A DNA stretch of 64,000 nucleotides, taken from IMG/VR virus record IMGVR_UViG_3300042467_002820; one strand, given 5' to 3'. The position numbers and the translations under genes were made by a program. The notes beneath the pieces were generated by a model. The model had not been told where the DNA came from, searched no databases, and worked only from the letters and a program-made list of their open reading frames with translations. The number at the start of each line of letters is the position of its first letter. Positions within the stretch are counted from its first letter, which is position 1. Below, piece after piece: positions 44,439-55,300 of the stretch. This DNA is from an uncultured virus (IMG/VR IMGVR_UViG_3300042467_002820). Taxonomy: Duplodnaviria; Heunggongvirae; Uroviricota; Caudoviricetes.

Positions 44439-45449
44439 ATGGCCGACTACGCCATCGGGCTGTCGTTCCACAAGGCTCACCGGACCCTCGTCCGCGCCGT
44501 GGACCTGACGCCGCCCTGCCGCTACTTCGCTACCCGCGACACTGCCGGCATGATCACCCTGCCCACGCTGGACGCTGGCTCCCGCTACGTCGAGCTGCAG
44601 GGCGTCAGCAACACCACTTTCGCCATCAACGACACCAACCAGGAGTTCCGCCTCCTGGGTGACAACGGTTGGGGTGACTCGCTGATCACCGGCTCCACCG
44701 TGCAGGCCTCTGTGACGGCCTATTTCCTCAAGGACACGGGTATCCCGGCTGGACAGAATTGCCCACAGTTCCGTGGCAACTACGAAGAGGGCTTTGCTCT
44801 CATCGAAAAGGCCCGTTACAACAAAGACTACGAGATCTATGTCGAATTCCTTAAGGAACTCGGCCAAGAAAATGGCACCAGCGGCGATTACATCTACGAC
44901 TTCACCGGCTTCAACGCCGTCGTGATGAATTACAACGAGAATCTCACGGCTGAGGGTCTCACCGAGGTCTCCTTCGACCTGATGTCCCGAGGTCGTCCAG
45001 TCTTCGGCCGCTACGACGCCGGCTCCACCGCCCTGGCCTTCGGTGGCGTGCAGTCAAGCCTGCTCTTCACCGCGCCTAGCTCCGGCACCCGCCGCTATGC
45101 CACGGTTCCCGCCAACAACGCGGGCTCGGTCGCTGTTGGTGACAACCTCACCGTCACCTACACCAGCGATGGCAGCACCGCTCTGACTCAGCTGTTCCTC
45201 GGCCAGACCGACGGGGGCGGTTTCCGCCTCGAGGTCGCTTCCACCGGCGTCCGCGTCCCTGCCACGGTCTCCCTGGCAAGCAACGTGGTCACCATCAACC
45301 CCACTGCGAACCTCACCGCTGCCACCATCTATCGCCTCGTTGTGGCAGATGGCGCCATCAAGCAGGCCCTCGACAACAGCGGCAACCCTTCTGCCAGCGG
45401 CGTGCTGTTCCCTCTCCAAGGCTTCACTACCCTCTTCACGACCGCCTAA
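44439..45449 (+). CDS. Major tail tube protein with C-terminal Ig-like domain
   Basis: Synteny; C-terminal P...A..V...VTINPTANL...T.Y.L.V..G.IK; followed by terminator. Confidence 0.75.
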   Translation: MADYAIGLSFHKAHRTLVRAVDLTPPCRYFATRDTAGMITLPTLDAGSRYVELQGVSNTTFAINDTNQEFRLLGDNGWGDSLITGSTVQASVTAYFLKDTGIPAGQNCPQFRGNYEEGFALIEKARYNKDYEIYVEFLKELGQENGTSGDYIYDFTGFNAVVMNYNENLTAEGLTEVSFDLMSRGRPVFGRYDAGSTALAFGGVQSSLLFTAPSSGTRRYATVPANNAGSVAVGDNLTVTYTSDGSTALTQLFLGQTDGGGFRLEVASTGVRVPATVSLASNVVTINPTANLTAATIYRLVVADGAIKQALDNSGNPSASGVLFPLQGFTTLFTTA

Positions 45450-45479
45450 CGGTCAGACTGAGCTCGAGCCAACTACCCT

Positions 45480-45508
45480 GCCCCGCCACCGCGGGGCTTT
45501 TTTTTTTT
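45480..45508 (+). terminator. Intrinsic terminator
   Basis: GCCCCGC-CACC-GCGGGGC followed by 11 T. Confidence 0.9.
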
Positions 45509-45520
45509 GTTATCACCACG

Positions 45521-45754
45521 ATGCAACACGACCTCTTAATGGATGCCGCCCACATGGTCTATGCAGTGAACTGCCAAGTACAGGGCGACACCCTTCACTG
45601 CGGCGCCTTGTACTTGGAGCCCCTGATCCCGTTTAAGTCTATACGCCTGGCGTATGAAGCTGCTAGCGTGATGGTTGAACTACCTGACGAGCTCGTCAAT
45701 CAAGCTGAGCCCTTCAGGTCCTGGTCCATCGATCTACCACTCACCGATGTCTAA
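45521..45754 (+). CDS. Hypothetical protein
   Basis: ORF overlapping chaperone start. Confidence 0.55.
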   Translation: MQHDLLMDAAHMVYAVNCQVQGDTLHCGALYLEPLIPFKSIRLAYEAASVMVELPDELVNQAEPFRSWSIDLPLTDV

Positions 45755-46289
45755 ATACGCGTCGCTACTCTTTTCACCCGAGGAGTACCACGAGATTGGA
45801 CCTTTCCGCTTTCCTGTTTACCACGACTTGGTACCCGGCGAAGCTAAAGGCATCGAAGCGCTAGGTCGCAAACAATCTAAATCAACCTTTCGCTCTATCA
45901 AGCTCGCGCAGCGAATCGCTAAAGATAAAGGCATCACAACCAAAGAAGCAATCGACCTACTGAGCAGCTCTGCCGAGAACGACCAAGAGCTCCTCTACGA
46001 CTACGCCGGCGATCTTGAAGAACTGCAGCGTGACTCGGTCGGCGCCGTCGAGCAGCAGGTGGCCTTCGTCACCCTCTTCATGCAATACCGCGGCGAAGCC
46101 AAGCTCCCCCGCTCCAAGGACTGGCAGAAGCTCGACGACTGGACCGAGGCCGACACCGAGGCCATCCCCACCCGGTTGATGGAGCAAATCTTTGAGCTTC
46201 TCACCTGGGAGCGCGATGGCTGGCCCACTGCGGAGGGAAACGAACCGGAGGCCGAGCCCGAGTTCAGCCCACCCCCGAGCAAATCCTGA
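45747..46289 (+). CDS. Tail assembly chaperone (gpG-like)
   Basis: Between tail tube and tape measure; in-frame G GGA AAC slippery site at 46235-46241. Confidence 0.75.
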   Translation: MSKYASLLFSPEEYHEIGPFRFPVYHDLVPGEAKGIEALGRKQSKSTFRSIKLAQRIAKDKGITTKEAIDLLSSSAENDQELLYDYAGDLEELQRDSVGAVEQQVAFVTLFMQYRGEAKLPRSKDWQKLDDWTEADTEAIPTRLMEQIFELLTWERDGWPTAEGNEPEAEPEFSPPPSKS

Positions 46290-46720
46290 AGAACGCGGAG
46301 GACACCCTTCGTGCTCCACTAGCGGACTGGGACTCGGTCTACTTCCGCCTTCGTGCCTCTCCAGTAGGGGGAGATTTCACACCGGCGCGCTTCCTCCGCA
46401 CCCCAATCAGCACAATTCGCTGGCTGCTGCGCCAGATCGATGATCTTGATCGCGGTCTGGCCAACATGCAGAGCATGAGCACCGCACGCCTCACCGCGGT
46501 GCTCATTCAAATCGCGCATGGCTTCTCAGGCTCGAAGCGCTCCGCGCCCAAAGCGCAACCGCGCGATTTCCTACCCTTCCCCGATTGGAAACCTGCATCG
46601 GCCACTGCCGATGGCCCCGATGCCCCCACGAAGTTCATCCTCTCCGAGCTCGTGCGCACACGTCGGGTACCTCTGCACGTCTACGCCTCTCTCGCAGCCG
46701 GCGCCTCTGACCCTGCGTAA
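46235..46720 (+). CDS. -1 frameshift extension of tail chaperone (gpGT-like)
   Basis: -1 frame is open from 46235 (GKRTGGRARVQPTPEQILKNAEDTLR...) to stop at 46720. Confidence 0.75.
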   Translation, partial: GKRTGGRARVQPTPEQILKNAEDTLRAPLADWDSVYFRLRASPVGGDFTPARFLRTPISTIRWLLRQIDDLDRGLANMQSMSTARLTAVLIQIAHGFSGSKRSAPKAQPRDFLPFPDWKPASATADGPDAPTKFILSELVRTRRVPLHVYASLAAGASDPA

Positions 46721-46744
46721 CATACGAGTAGCGCATAACGACTC

Positions 46745-49700
46745 GTGTCTGACTTTCGGCTCAACGTAATAGCTGAGACTCAGGCAGCCGAGCGCAGTCT
46801 GAAGCAGGTAGAGCAGGTTGCGGACAAAGCAACCCGAGAGCGGAAGCTAAACATTGATCTTAGGTCGCTAAATAAAAACTTCAGCAGCCTTACAAGTGAC
46901 ATAAAATCAGCTACCAATAACATTAAAACATTTTACAGTTTTAGTAAAAAAGTCCCAGGTCTAAGCGATAAAATTGAGCAGTACGAAAAATTAGCTAAAA
47001 GCACAGCATCGGCAGCTAAAGCAGGTATCGGACTAAAAGAGAACGCAAAAGCGGGCAGCATACTAGCTAACAGCCTAGAGTTTGCGGCAGGTAAGGGTGG
47101 GCAGCTCATCAATGCCTTAGCAAAAGTAGGCCTTGCCACGTTCGCGATTAAAGAAGCGGTCGGCGTATTGCAATCCGCGTGGAACGGCTTTTTTAACAAC
47201 ACGATTGGGCGTGAGATCAAGCTACGCGAGACAATCCTAAAGACTCAAACTACACTCGCTTCTACAAACCGCGTATTTGCCAACGGTCGCGAGATCACCG
47301 ATCCCTACCAGAAAATCATCACATTGACCGGAGCGGTCAAGAAGAATATCGACTCCATCCGAGAGCGGTCCATCGCCCTCGCTGGTGTCACCTCCAACGA
47401 CGTCATTGAAGTTTTTGGTCTCGTCGCTTCACAGATCGGGCAAATCGGCGGAGGTCTCAAAGATGCAGAAGACCTGGCGATCAACTTTGCGGCCGCCCTG
47501 GGGACCTTCGGCATCCCCCTGTATCAGGCCAACCAAGAGATCGGTTCGATCCTGCGTGGGCAAATTACCGAGGACTCGAGGCTGGCTACAGCTTTGGGAA
47601 TTCGCAGCCAAGACATTGTCAAGGCCAAGAGTGAAGTCGGTGGCGTAGTCAAGTTTCTCGAAGAGCGCCTCGCAGCCTCAGTTGCTGGCCAACGCATCGC
47701 CGCCCAAGGCTTCTCCGGCGTCGTCTCCAACATCGCCGACCTCGGTGAGCTCATCGGCCAAAACTTCGGCCGTGGCTTGCTGGATCCACTGCTCGCGGGC
47801 CTCACCGCGGTCTTCGAGTCCCTGTTCCGCATTCGGACACAGCTTTTCGACATCGCTTCCGGCGCAGGCGCTGCGATCGGTCGCGCAGGCCAGCTCATTG
47901 TGGGTCTCACCGCCGGCCGAACTGGCCTCGGCACCGGCGATCCCAGCGCCGCAGCCAGCGCTGCTGCCTCCGTCGCCCAACGCGGCTTTGCCGAGCTCGA
48001 GCAAGTCGCACAGCGCACTGTCGGCGCGCTGTCACAGGCCATCGAAGCACTGAAGCCCACCGCTCTGATCCTCGTCGACGCCTTCAAGAACATCGCCGAG
48101 GCCTTCGTCAACATCAAGGTCGGCACCTTCGAGGCTCTCGCATCCGCCCTGGCCAACATCGCCAGCGTTGTAGGCGCCCTCGCCCCGAGCGTGGCCACAC
48201 TCTTCAACTTCTACGCTCGCTTCCTCAACACCCCGGCCGTCCAGTACTTCTCCGAGGTCGCCGCCGTCCTTGGCCTCCTCAAGCGCGTCGGCCTGGATGC
48301 CGCCACGCAGTTAGTACTGTTTGGTCGTTTTATATTTGGTAGTGTAATACCTGCTGTAGGTGGTTTAGGTACAGCTTTAGGTGGCCTTGTAGCCGTCATA
48401 GCCACAGTCGTAGTAGCACTAGGTAAGTTAATTGTTGTACTAGCGGGTTTAGCTACAGCGCTTGTAGGTCCAGCCGCCGCTATTCCTGCGGTAGCTGCTG
48501 CGCTGAAAGCCTTAGGCATTGAGCTGTTAACTGTAGGCAAAGAAGCCATCGTCTCAGGTGGCAGGCTCAACGGACTCGCTGCCGGCTTCCGCGGTCTCGG
48601 CGCAAGCGCAAAAGCCGCCGGCGCCTCAATCCTCGCCTCCCTGGGCTGGGTAGCCGCCATTCAGATCGGCATCTCGGTCTTGGTCGACGCCCTCGGGCGC
48701 TACCAGCGTGCTCAGGAAAATCAACGCTCCAATGCCCGCGCGGTTGAGGCACTGCGCCGCTTGCAAACCACATACAAAGATGTAGGCGATACAGCCGACA
48801 GTGCGACTAAAGCTGCACGCGACTTTGAGCGTGCAATAGTTGACGCCAATTACAGCCGCAACATCGAACAGCTAGAAGAAGTACGTAAAAAGATCAACCA
48901 AATACGCTACGAACTCAAGCCCGGCATCCAAAGCTGGGGCGAATTCTGGGACGCACTGTCCGGCTCCGAGGCCGGTCGTTTTGAAGAGCGCTCGCGCCAA
49001 GTCCTTAAAGGACTGCAATCCGAAGAGGCCAAAATCAAAGCCCAGCTCCGAGGCGTCGATGCGCAGCGCGATCGTGAACGTGCCGCCGAGGACATCAAGC
49101 TCCAAGCCACTAACCGCGTCAATCTCGAGAAAGAAATATTCGAGCTACGTCGTCAGCTCGAGAGCGACCTATTCCAGCAACGCCAAGCCTTAGCCCAAAA
49201 GGAAGTAGAAATCTTTCGCGCTGCCGGCGAGCTCCGCATTAAGCAGATCGAGAAGGCCAACGCCAAACTCATCGAGGGCGAGGAAGGTGCCTCCCGCGCC
49301 GCTCTCGAGGCGCTCAACAATTACATCGCCACCCGCGAGCGCGGCGAGCTCGAGATCGAAGCTGCCAAGAAGACTATCGCCATCGAGGTCACCAACCTTG
49401 AAAAGGCCATCAGCGACTACCGCTACGAGACCGAGAAGAAGATCGCGGAACTCCGTAAGAAATCCGCCGACTACGAACGCGACTCCGCAGACGCCCGCCA
49501 GCGTGCTGCTGGCGGCACCACTGCTGCAGCTCCAGGCGTCGCCGCCGGCTTCCGCGTGGGCAGCACAGGCCGCAGCACCGGCCCTCACCTCGACATCCGC
49601 AGCCCAACGGGCAACAAGCAGGCCGTCATCGACGAGGCCACGGCCATCATCAAGGCGTGGCAAGGCCAAGGCCTCGAGTACATCGAGCTCAGCAACGCCA

Positions 49701-51538
49701 AGATCGATGTCAAGAACATGTTCAACGAGGCCGAGCTTCGCAAGGCGCTGGCCAAGGAGCAGGCTGTGCACGCCAAGCGCTCCGGCGGTGGCGCCATCGA
49801 TATCGCTGTCCCCGCAGGCACCCTGGTACCCACGCCTGCCGGTACTCCCTCCTGGGGCGGCGACGGCGGCTGGCAGGCCACATCCCTGCAGACCGGAAAC
49901 CTGTTTCTCCACGGCCTGGGCACTTCAGTCGCGAGCCCGCGCGGCGGAGCCGCCGCTGCAGCTGCCGCTCCCGCTGCTCCCACCACGGGAGGCGACATGC
50001 CCTCCGCCAGTGCAGCAGCCCAGCGTTACGCCGAGGCCGTCCGCAGCCTGGCCGGCGCCATGGAGCGTCTACGTTCCCTTCAGGCCGCGCTTACCGAAGC
50101 AAACACCGCTGAGGCTTTCGATCAGATCGCTAAAGCTGCGTTCCCGCAAGTCGCTCTCGAACAGTATCAGGATCGCCTGGCTGAGCTCCGCTACACCTAC
50201 GACGCTGTCAGCACAAGCTCCGAAGCCATCTTCGATCCTGAGCGCTCCGCCATCGAGGTCACGCGCCTGGCGCAGATCGCCACCAGCAATCGTGAGCTGC
50301 AGCAGATCCAGCAGGGCATCGCGAAACAGACCAAGCTCACCGAGGACGAGCGCAAGCGTGCCCTCGTTGATCTGCAGACACGTCACGCCCAGTACCTACA
50401 GCAGCTCAATCAAGAAGCGCAGCTCAAACAGCGCATTCTCACTTCAGAGCAGGTTACGAACTTCATCCGTCAGGCAACGACTGCGGCGCAGGACATCCGC
50501 AAGGAGATTGAAGCGCTGCAACTCCGCAACCGCCTAGAGGCCGAGGGCGTCGCACCTGAATTCATCCAGGCTGAGGTCGCGAAGTTAGAGATTAAACGTG
50601 AGGTCGAACGACTGACTAAGTCCCTTAACGAGCAGCTAACTACCGAACTCGAGTTGCGCGATCAGCTCCAACAGCGCATCGTTACAGCAGCTGGCCCGGA
50701 AAAAGAAGCGCTTCAGAATCAACTCACTGACGCCCTCAACACCATTAATAACTTGCGCGAGCAATTGAAGAGCGTGGGTGCTGCTGGACAAGCACAAGCC
50801 GGCGCTGTGGACGCTCAAGCTCAAGCTCAGACCGCACCCGGCACGCGTATCGCCAGCTTCATCGGACAGGCCCAACGCCAGCTTCAGGACTACGAAGGCA
50901 TGGCCATTCAGGTGTCACAGAGTGTAGGTGACGCAGTAGGTAACTCACTACAGAGTGGTATTACTGGACTGGTAGAAGGCACTACAACTATAAAAGATAT
51001 ATTCGCGCAGTTCTTAAAGGACATAGGCCAGATTCTGCTAAAACAAGCAACAACAATGATTGCAACTTATGTAGCAATAGGAGTTGCAAAGATATTCGCT
51101 TTCGGTAATCAAGGAAGCGTGGTTAAGGGCATCGATGTGCCAGTAGCACAAATGCCTGCAGGTATGGCATTTGCTGACGGTGGATTCGTAACTAGACCTA
51201 CCAACGCCTTGATCGGCGAAGGCGGAGAACCTGAGTACGTCATCCCTGCCAGCAAGATGCGCACCGCGATGGGACGCTATTCAGCCGGCGCCCGTGGTTC
51301 CAGCGTCATCCCCGGCAACGGCGGCGAACCTGCTGCAGCAGGCGGTGGCGCCGCCACAATGGAGCCAATCGACGTGCGCTACAGCATCGAGCGCATCAAC
51401 AACGTGGATTACGTGACCGCCGATCAGTTCCAGCGCGGCATGGCACAAGCCGCGCAACAGGGCGCCATCCAAGGTGAACGCCGCGCCATGCGCACCTTGA
51501 CCAATAGCGCTGCTGCACGCGGAAGGCTTCGTATCTGA
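46745..51538 (+). CDS. Tape measure protein with embedded M23-like peptidase
   Basis: 1597 aa, Ala/Leu-rich helical, hydrophobic core; GSTGRSTGPHL; FADGG.V..PT.ALIGEGGEPEYVIP. Confidence 0.9.
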   Translation: MSDFRLNVIAETQAAERSLKQVEQVADKATRERKLNIDLRSLNKNFSSLTSDIKSATNNIKTFYSFSKKVPGLSDKIEQYEKLAKSTASAAKAGIGLKENAKAGSILANSLEFAAGKGGQLINALAKVGLATFAIKEAVGVLQSAWNGFFNNTIGREIKLRETILKTQTTLASTNRVFANGREITDPYQKIITLTGAVKKNIDSIRERSIALAGVTSNDVIEVFGLVASQIGQIGGGLKDAEDLAINFAAALGTFGIPLYQANQEIGSILRGQITEDSRLATALGIRSQDIVKAKSEVGGVVKFLEERLAASVAGQRIAAQGFSGVVSNIADLGELIGQNFGRGLLDPLLAGLTAVFESLFRIRTQLFDIASGAGAAIGRAGQLIVGLTAGRTGLGTGDPSAAASAAASVAQRGFAELEQVAQRTVGALSQAIEALKPTALILVDAFKNIAEAFVNIKVGTFEALASALANIASVVGALAPSVATLFNFYARFLNTPAVQYFSEVAAVLGLLKRVGLDAATQLVLFGRFIFGSVIPAVGGLGTALGGLVAVIATVVVALGKLIVVLAGLATALVGPAAAIPAVAAALKALGIELLTVGKEAIVSGGRLNGLAAGFRGLGASAKAAGASILASLGWVAAIQIGISVLVDALGRYQRAQENQRSNARAVEALRRLQTTYKDVGDTADSATKAARDFERAIVDANYSRNIEQLEEVRKKINQIRYELKPGIQSWGEFWDALSGSEAGRFEERSRQVLKGLQSEEAKIKAQLRGVDAQRDRERAAEDIKLQATNRVNLEKEIFELRRQLESDLFQQRQALAQKEVEIFRAAGELRIKQIEKANAKLIEGEEGASRAALEALNNYIATRERGELEIEAAKKTIAIEVTNLEKAISDYRYETEKKIAELRKKSADYERDSADARQRAAGGTTAAAPGVAAGFRVGSTGRSTGPHLDIRSPTGNKQAVIDEATAIIKAWQGQGLEYIELSNAKIDVKNMFNEAELRKALAKEQAVHAKRSGGGAIDIAVPAGTLVPTPAGTPSWGGDGGWQATSLQTGNLFLHGLGTSVASPRGGAAAAAAAPAAPTTGGDMPSASAAAQRYAEAVRSLAGAMERLRSLQAALTEANTAEAFDQIAKAAFPQVALEQYQDRLAELRYTYDAVSTSSEAIFDPERSAIEVTRLAQIATSNRELQQIQQGIAKQTKLTEDERKRALVDLQTRHAQYLQQLNQEAQLKQRILTSEQVTNFIRQATTAAQDIRKEIEALQLRNRLEAEGVAPEFIQAEVAKLEIKREVERLTKSLNEQLTTELELRDQLQQRIVTAAGPEKEALQNQLTDALNTINNLREQLKSVGAAGQAQAGAVDAQAQAQTAPGTRIASFIGQAQRQLQDYEGMAIQVSQSVGDAVGNSLQSGITGLVEGTTTIKDIFAQFLKDIGQILLKQATTMIATYVAIGVAKIFAFGNQGSVVKGIDVPVAQMPAGMAFADGGFVTRPTNALIGEGGEPEYVIPASKMRTAMGRYSAGARGSSVIPGNGGEPAAAGGGAATMEPIDVRYSIERINNVDYVTADQFQRGMAQAAQQGAIQGERRAMRTLTNSAAARGRLRI

Positions 51539-51996
51539 TGGAATTCAACTACGGCCACCTCTTTGAAGTTGGACCCGCCGGGCAAGCCACGCGATTCAAC
51601 TTTCAAAACTTCAGGATTGGCGATCAAATCAACTACAGCAACAAAAAGTATGACTACTTACCATTCGGTTTTGGTGGAGCAGTCGCCTCCTTAAAAGGTG
51701 ACAATTTGGATGCCACCTTGCAACTGGCTAATACCGACATCACGCGCAACTGGGCGACGCAAGCGCTACAAAATTTATGGGTAGGCAAAGTCACAACAGT
51801 CCTTTGGTCAGAAGCAAATATCGCCAGGGTGCTGTATTCCTACTGGGGCGTCTGCTCCACCGGCGGCTGGGATGAAACCGCCATCCAAATCTCCTTGAAC
51901 AGCGTTCTGGACGCTGTTGACGCAAACGTACCAGCCCGCAAGCTAACCCGGTACTCTGTCGGCAACATTCCTTTTACCAGCGCTGTTCGTGTGTAG
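51538..51996 (+). CDS. Minor tail protein
   Basis: Y.YLPFGF.G...L.SVLDAV...VP.R; synteny. Confidence 0.65.
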   Translation: MEFNYGHLFEVGPAGQATRFNFQNFRIGDQINYSNKKYDYLPFGFGGAVASLKGDNLDATLQLANTDITRNWATQALQNLWVGKVTTVLWSEANIARVLYSYWGVCSTGGWDETAIQISLNSVLDAVDANVPARKLTRYSVGNIPFTSAVRV

Positions 51997-52333
51997 CCAT
52001 CTAATCGGCAGGCGCTACACATTCGGCAAAGACGACTGCATCCATCTTGTTGTCGAAGTGCTGCAGGAATTAGGCAAAAATCCACCTGCAGTAGCGGCTC
52101 ACTGGTACGAGCTGACACCGCGCCAGTTAGTCAGTGAAATCAAGGCGTACTGTATGCCCATTGATCGTCCCGAGTACGATGGGGACATCGTGTTACTTGC
52201 GGCGGCGCCACCTACGTTCGGAGTCCTATGGCAGCGTGGCATCCTGTTCATCAATCCATTGACTTTGACCGTCGACTGGAAACCGCCGGCAAACCTTACG
52301 ATCCGCCGCTCCTACCGTATGAAATCGCGCTGA
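51989..52333 (+). CDS. NlpC/P60-like tail protein
   Basis: LIGRRY.FG..DCIHLV. Confidence 0.65.
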   Translation: MCSHLIGRRYTFGKDDCIHLVVEVLQELGKNPPAVAAHWYELTPRQLVSEIKAYCMPIDRPEYDGDIVLLAAAPPTFGVLWQRGILFINPLTLTVDWKPPANLTIRRSYRMKSR

Positions 52334-55300
52334 TCGAAGCGCTGGGTTGCAGCGAGGAAGAATACAAAACTTTTGTTCGTTACGCCGCACAGCAGGCGTA
52401 TATTCGCCCGGCTGAGTACGAGCATATTCCAGAGGTTTACGCTGTTGCGCCTCTTGCTGCCGCAGGCTACTTAGCTGCAACTAGTGCAGCAGCAGCCAAA
52501 AGTGCAACCACAATTATCCTTACAAACCTTGCCATCGGTATTGCGCTGACAGCCGCCAGCTTGTTGCTGGCACCAAAACCGCCAGCAATATCTGACAAGC
52601 GCATCAAGCAACGCGAACTGCGCGATCAAATTGGTCCGACACGCTTCAATCAGACTTCATCATTCGACAACATTGCATCCCTTGCCGAGTACGGGCAGGC
52701 GATTCCAATTCCGTTTGGTAGGTATGACTCCACCACCGGCACCGGCGGCTTAACACTGGCGCCGGCACTTGTCTGGAGCCGTGTTTACTCGTATGGCACC
52801 TACCGCGCATTTGAAGGCATCTACGTTGTCGGGCAATACGGACTGGCGCAACCTCCCGAAATTGCCGGCGTACGCCTTGGCACTTTTGCCCTTAACAACC
52901 TCAATACTGACGAGTATGCGTTGTTTTGGTCGTCTAACCCAGGGTCGAATAATCCAACTTCTGAACGTGTTCTGATTGGTGGATCACAAGGTGACCGCCA
53001 CAAAGGCACATCGGGCAGAAAGAGCCCGTTTACGGCACCGAGCATTACCGTTGATGTTGATGACGCCGCTTCAATGGCGTACTCCCCGCAATCGCAAGTG
53101 CAGTTTGGCACTGCAACACCGATTGCAAACGGCACTGCCTACCGATACAACTGGGAGATCATCAGCGCGCCAAGCGTCAGTTTTGAAGGTGAAGGCGGCG
53201 AGGATGCCAAAAAAGAGACTCGTGCCCGCCGCAAAAAAATTGCTGGTGCCGATGCTGACCAAGTAGGCGGTGAGCCTACCGGCAAATCCGGTCAACCTGG
53301 CATCGGTCGCGCCTATTCGCGCACGATGGGACTAACGCATCACGTCACATCCAGCGCTTTTGCTAACTACGACAACAAAACCACAGTCAACGTAAGCAAA
53401 GGTGACATCTTAAAATTTACAGTATTCCGTCAAAATTATGAAAACCTAAACGATAATTTTACGTATAACGGTTACAAAACACAGGTCAATGTTAAGGACT
53501 TGCGTGATACAGCACGCGAATGGCGCGAGCAGTCATCTGACCTGTTGAGCGTTGGCAGCGAGTGGTTGATTGGTGCAACCGTCTGGCGCGTAGTCAAAAA
53601 TGCTGGCATTGATAATGTCGTCAGTCGCCTAGTGATCGACTTGGAGTGCGTCGAAATTCTCGGCGACAACCGAGTTGGCATTGCGGGTGAAAGAGCAGTC
53701 AGCAATCCATTGGCTGGTTACGAAGGTCAGCAATTTGACGAAACGATCCACTGTGACATCAATCACTGGCCGCTGTGTCGCTATTTCTCGTTCACTATTC
53801 GCCCCGTCCGCAGGGACACTCGTGTCATCGAATTCGGCATCCGCTCGCAGGTGTGGAATCGCGCAGACGGTTTATGTAACTTCAGCGTCATTCCAACGCC
53901 AGCAAAACTTGACCGCCTAGATCGTAAAGACGTCACGCTGACAACACCGCGCCAGTCCCGATATTTTAAGCGTGCAAGTTTTTTCCAAATCGCAGTACGC
54001 CCTGTCCCCACGAGCACTCAAACATCTGACTGGTCCGTCATCCCTCAACTGTTTTGCGTTGTAGGCAGATCCCCTATAGACCTGCACAACTACATTCGAA
54101 TTAAAGCATCAGATTCTGCTTACTACGAGTACAAATTTATTCCAAAAACTGGTGCTGACATTTACCACAACTACAGCAACAGCCGCGCATGGCGACTAAA
54201 AGCAGACGAAGCGCAGTTGCTGGACTGGACTCCGCACAACACCGACTACGGCGTGTTTTATGTGCAAACAAACGGCTTGGAGTTGACCGTAGCGGAATTG
54301 CTTAACTCCCCTCAAATGCTTACGGATAAAAGTGATGTAGGCAATGCACCCAATGTGTTGCCGACAATTATCACGCCATCTGCAGTTTCTATTACGCGCA
54401 CCAGGGTTGACAAGGGCGATAACAAAGACACTGTTGACGCATGGCTAACAAGCGTGCTCGGTTTAGCAACTAACGAAAACCTGCGTGGAACAACACAGCG
54501 GCATACGTTCACCATTGCAAAACCTGGAACGCCTGCGGAAACAATGCAGTTGCGTGTTACGGCTACATCAGTAAAAAATCCGGAAAAACCAAAGGACAGT
54601 ATCAGGCGCTGGACTTGGCAGGACATCAGCTTCAGGATCAATAGTTATGTCGGCACATGGGCGCTTGGCACAGAAGGCGAAATTACTGTCACGGGTCTTA
54701 GCTGGCTGACCAATCCTTTTGCTGCCAAGCACAGATACACAGCCGTCACACTGGTCATCAGCGTTGCGCAAGTGCAAGAAATTGTGCAAAGAGCACAAGA
54801 TGCAGACGTAAGCACTGCTGAGCGATCCTTCGAGATTGGGACTGGCGTTGCTGATTGCAGCTACTTTTCTGAAATTACAAAAAGCAATGACAGCAACCCA
54901 GAGCACGAGATTGTCTATGTAAACGAGTACGTCGAAAACGAAACGACACCCCAGTACACGGGCATGTCCGTTACAGCTTTAAGCCTGAAGAGCAGCGGGC
55001 AAATCAATAGCGTCGATCAGATGCGGATGTGGGTACCTGACGGCATTGCTGTCCGTCGCCTACTAGATGACACCACTGGACCAAGCAACCTCTTTACTGA
55101 TGCTGTTCTGTATCTACTGGAAAACCCCGATCAAGGCTTGGGCAACACAATCCCAGCACCACTGATCGACGAAACTAGTCTTGCAGTAACAGGTAGGTTC
55201 CTTCAGGCCAACGGCATCTTTTTTGATAGCGTCATCGAAGAACCAGAAAATTTGCGTTCGTTCCTTTACGACGCCGCATCGTTGCAACTGTGCAACTTCA

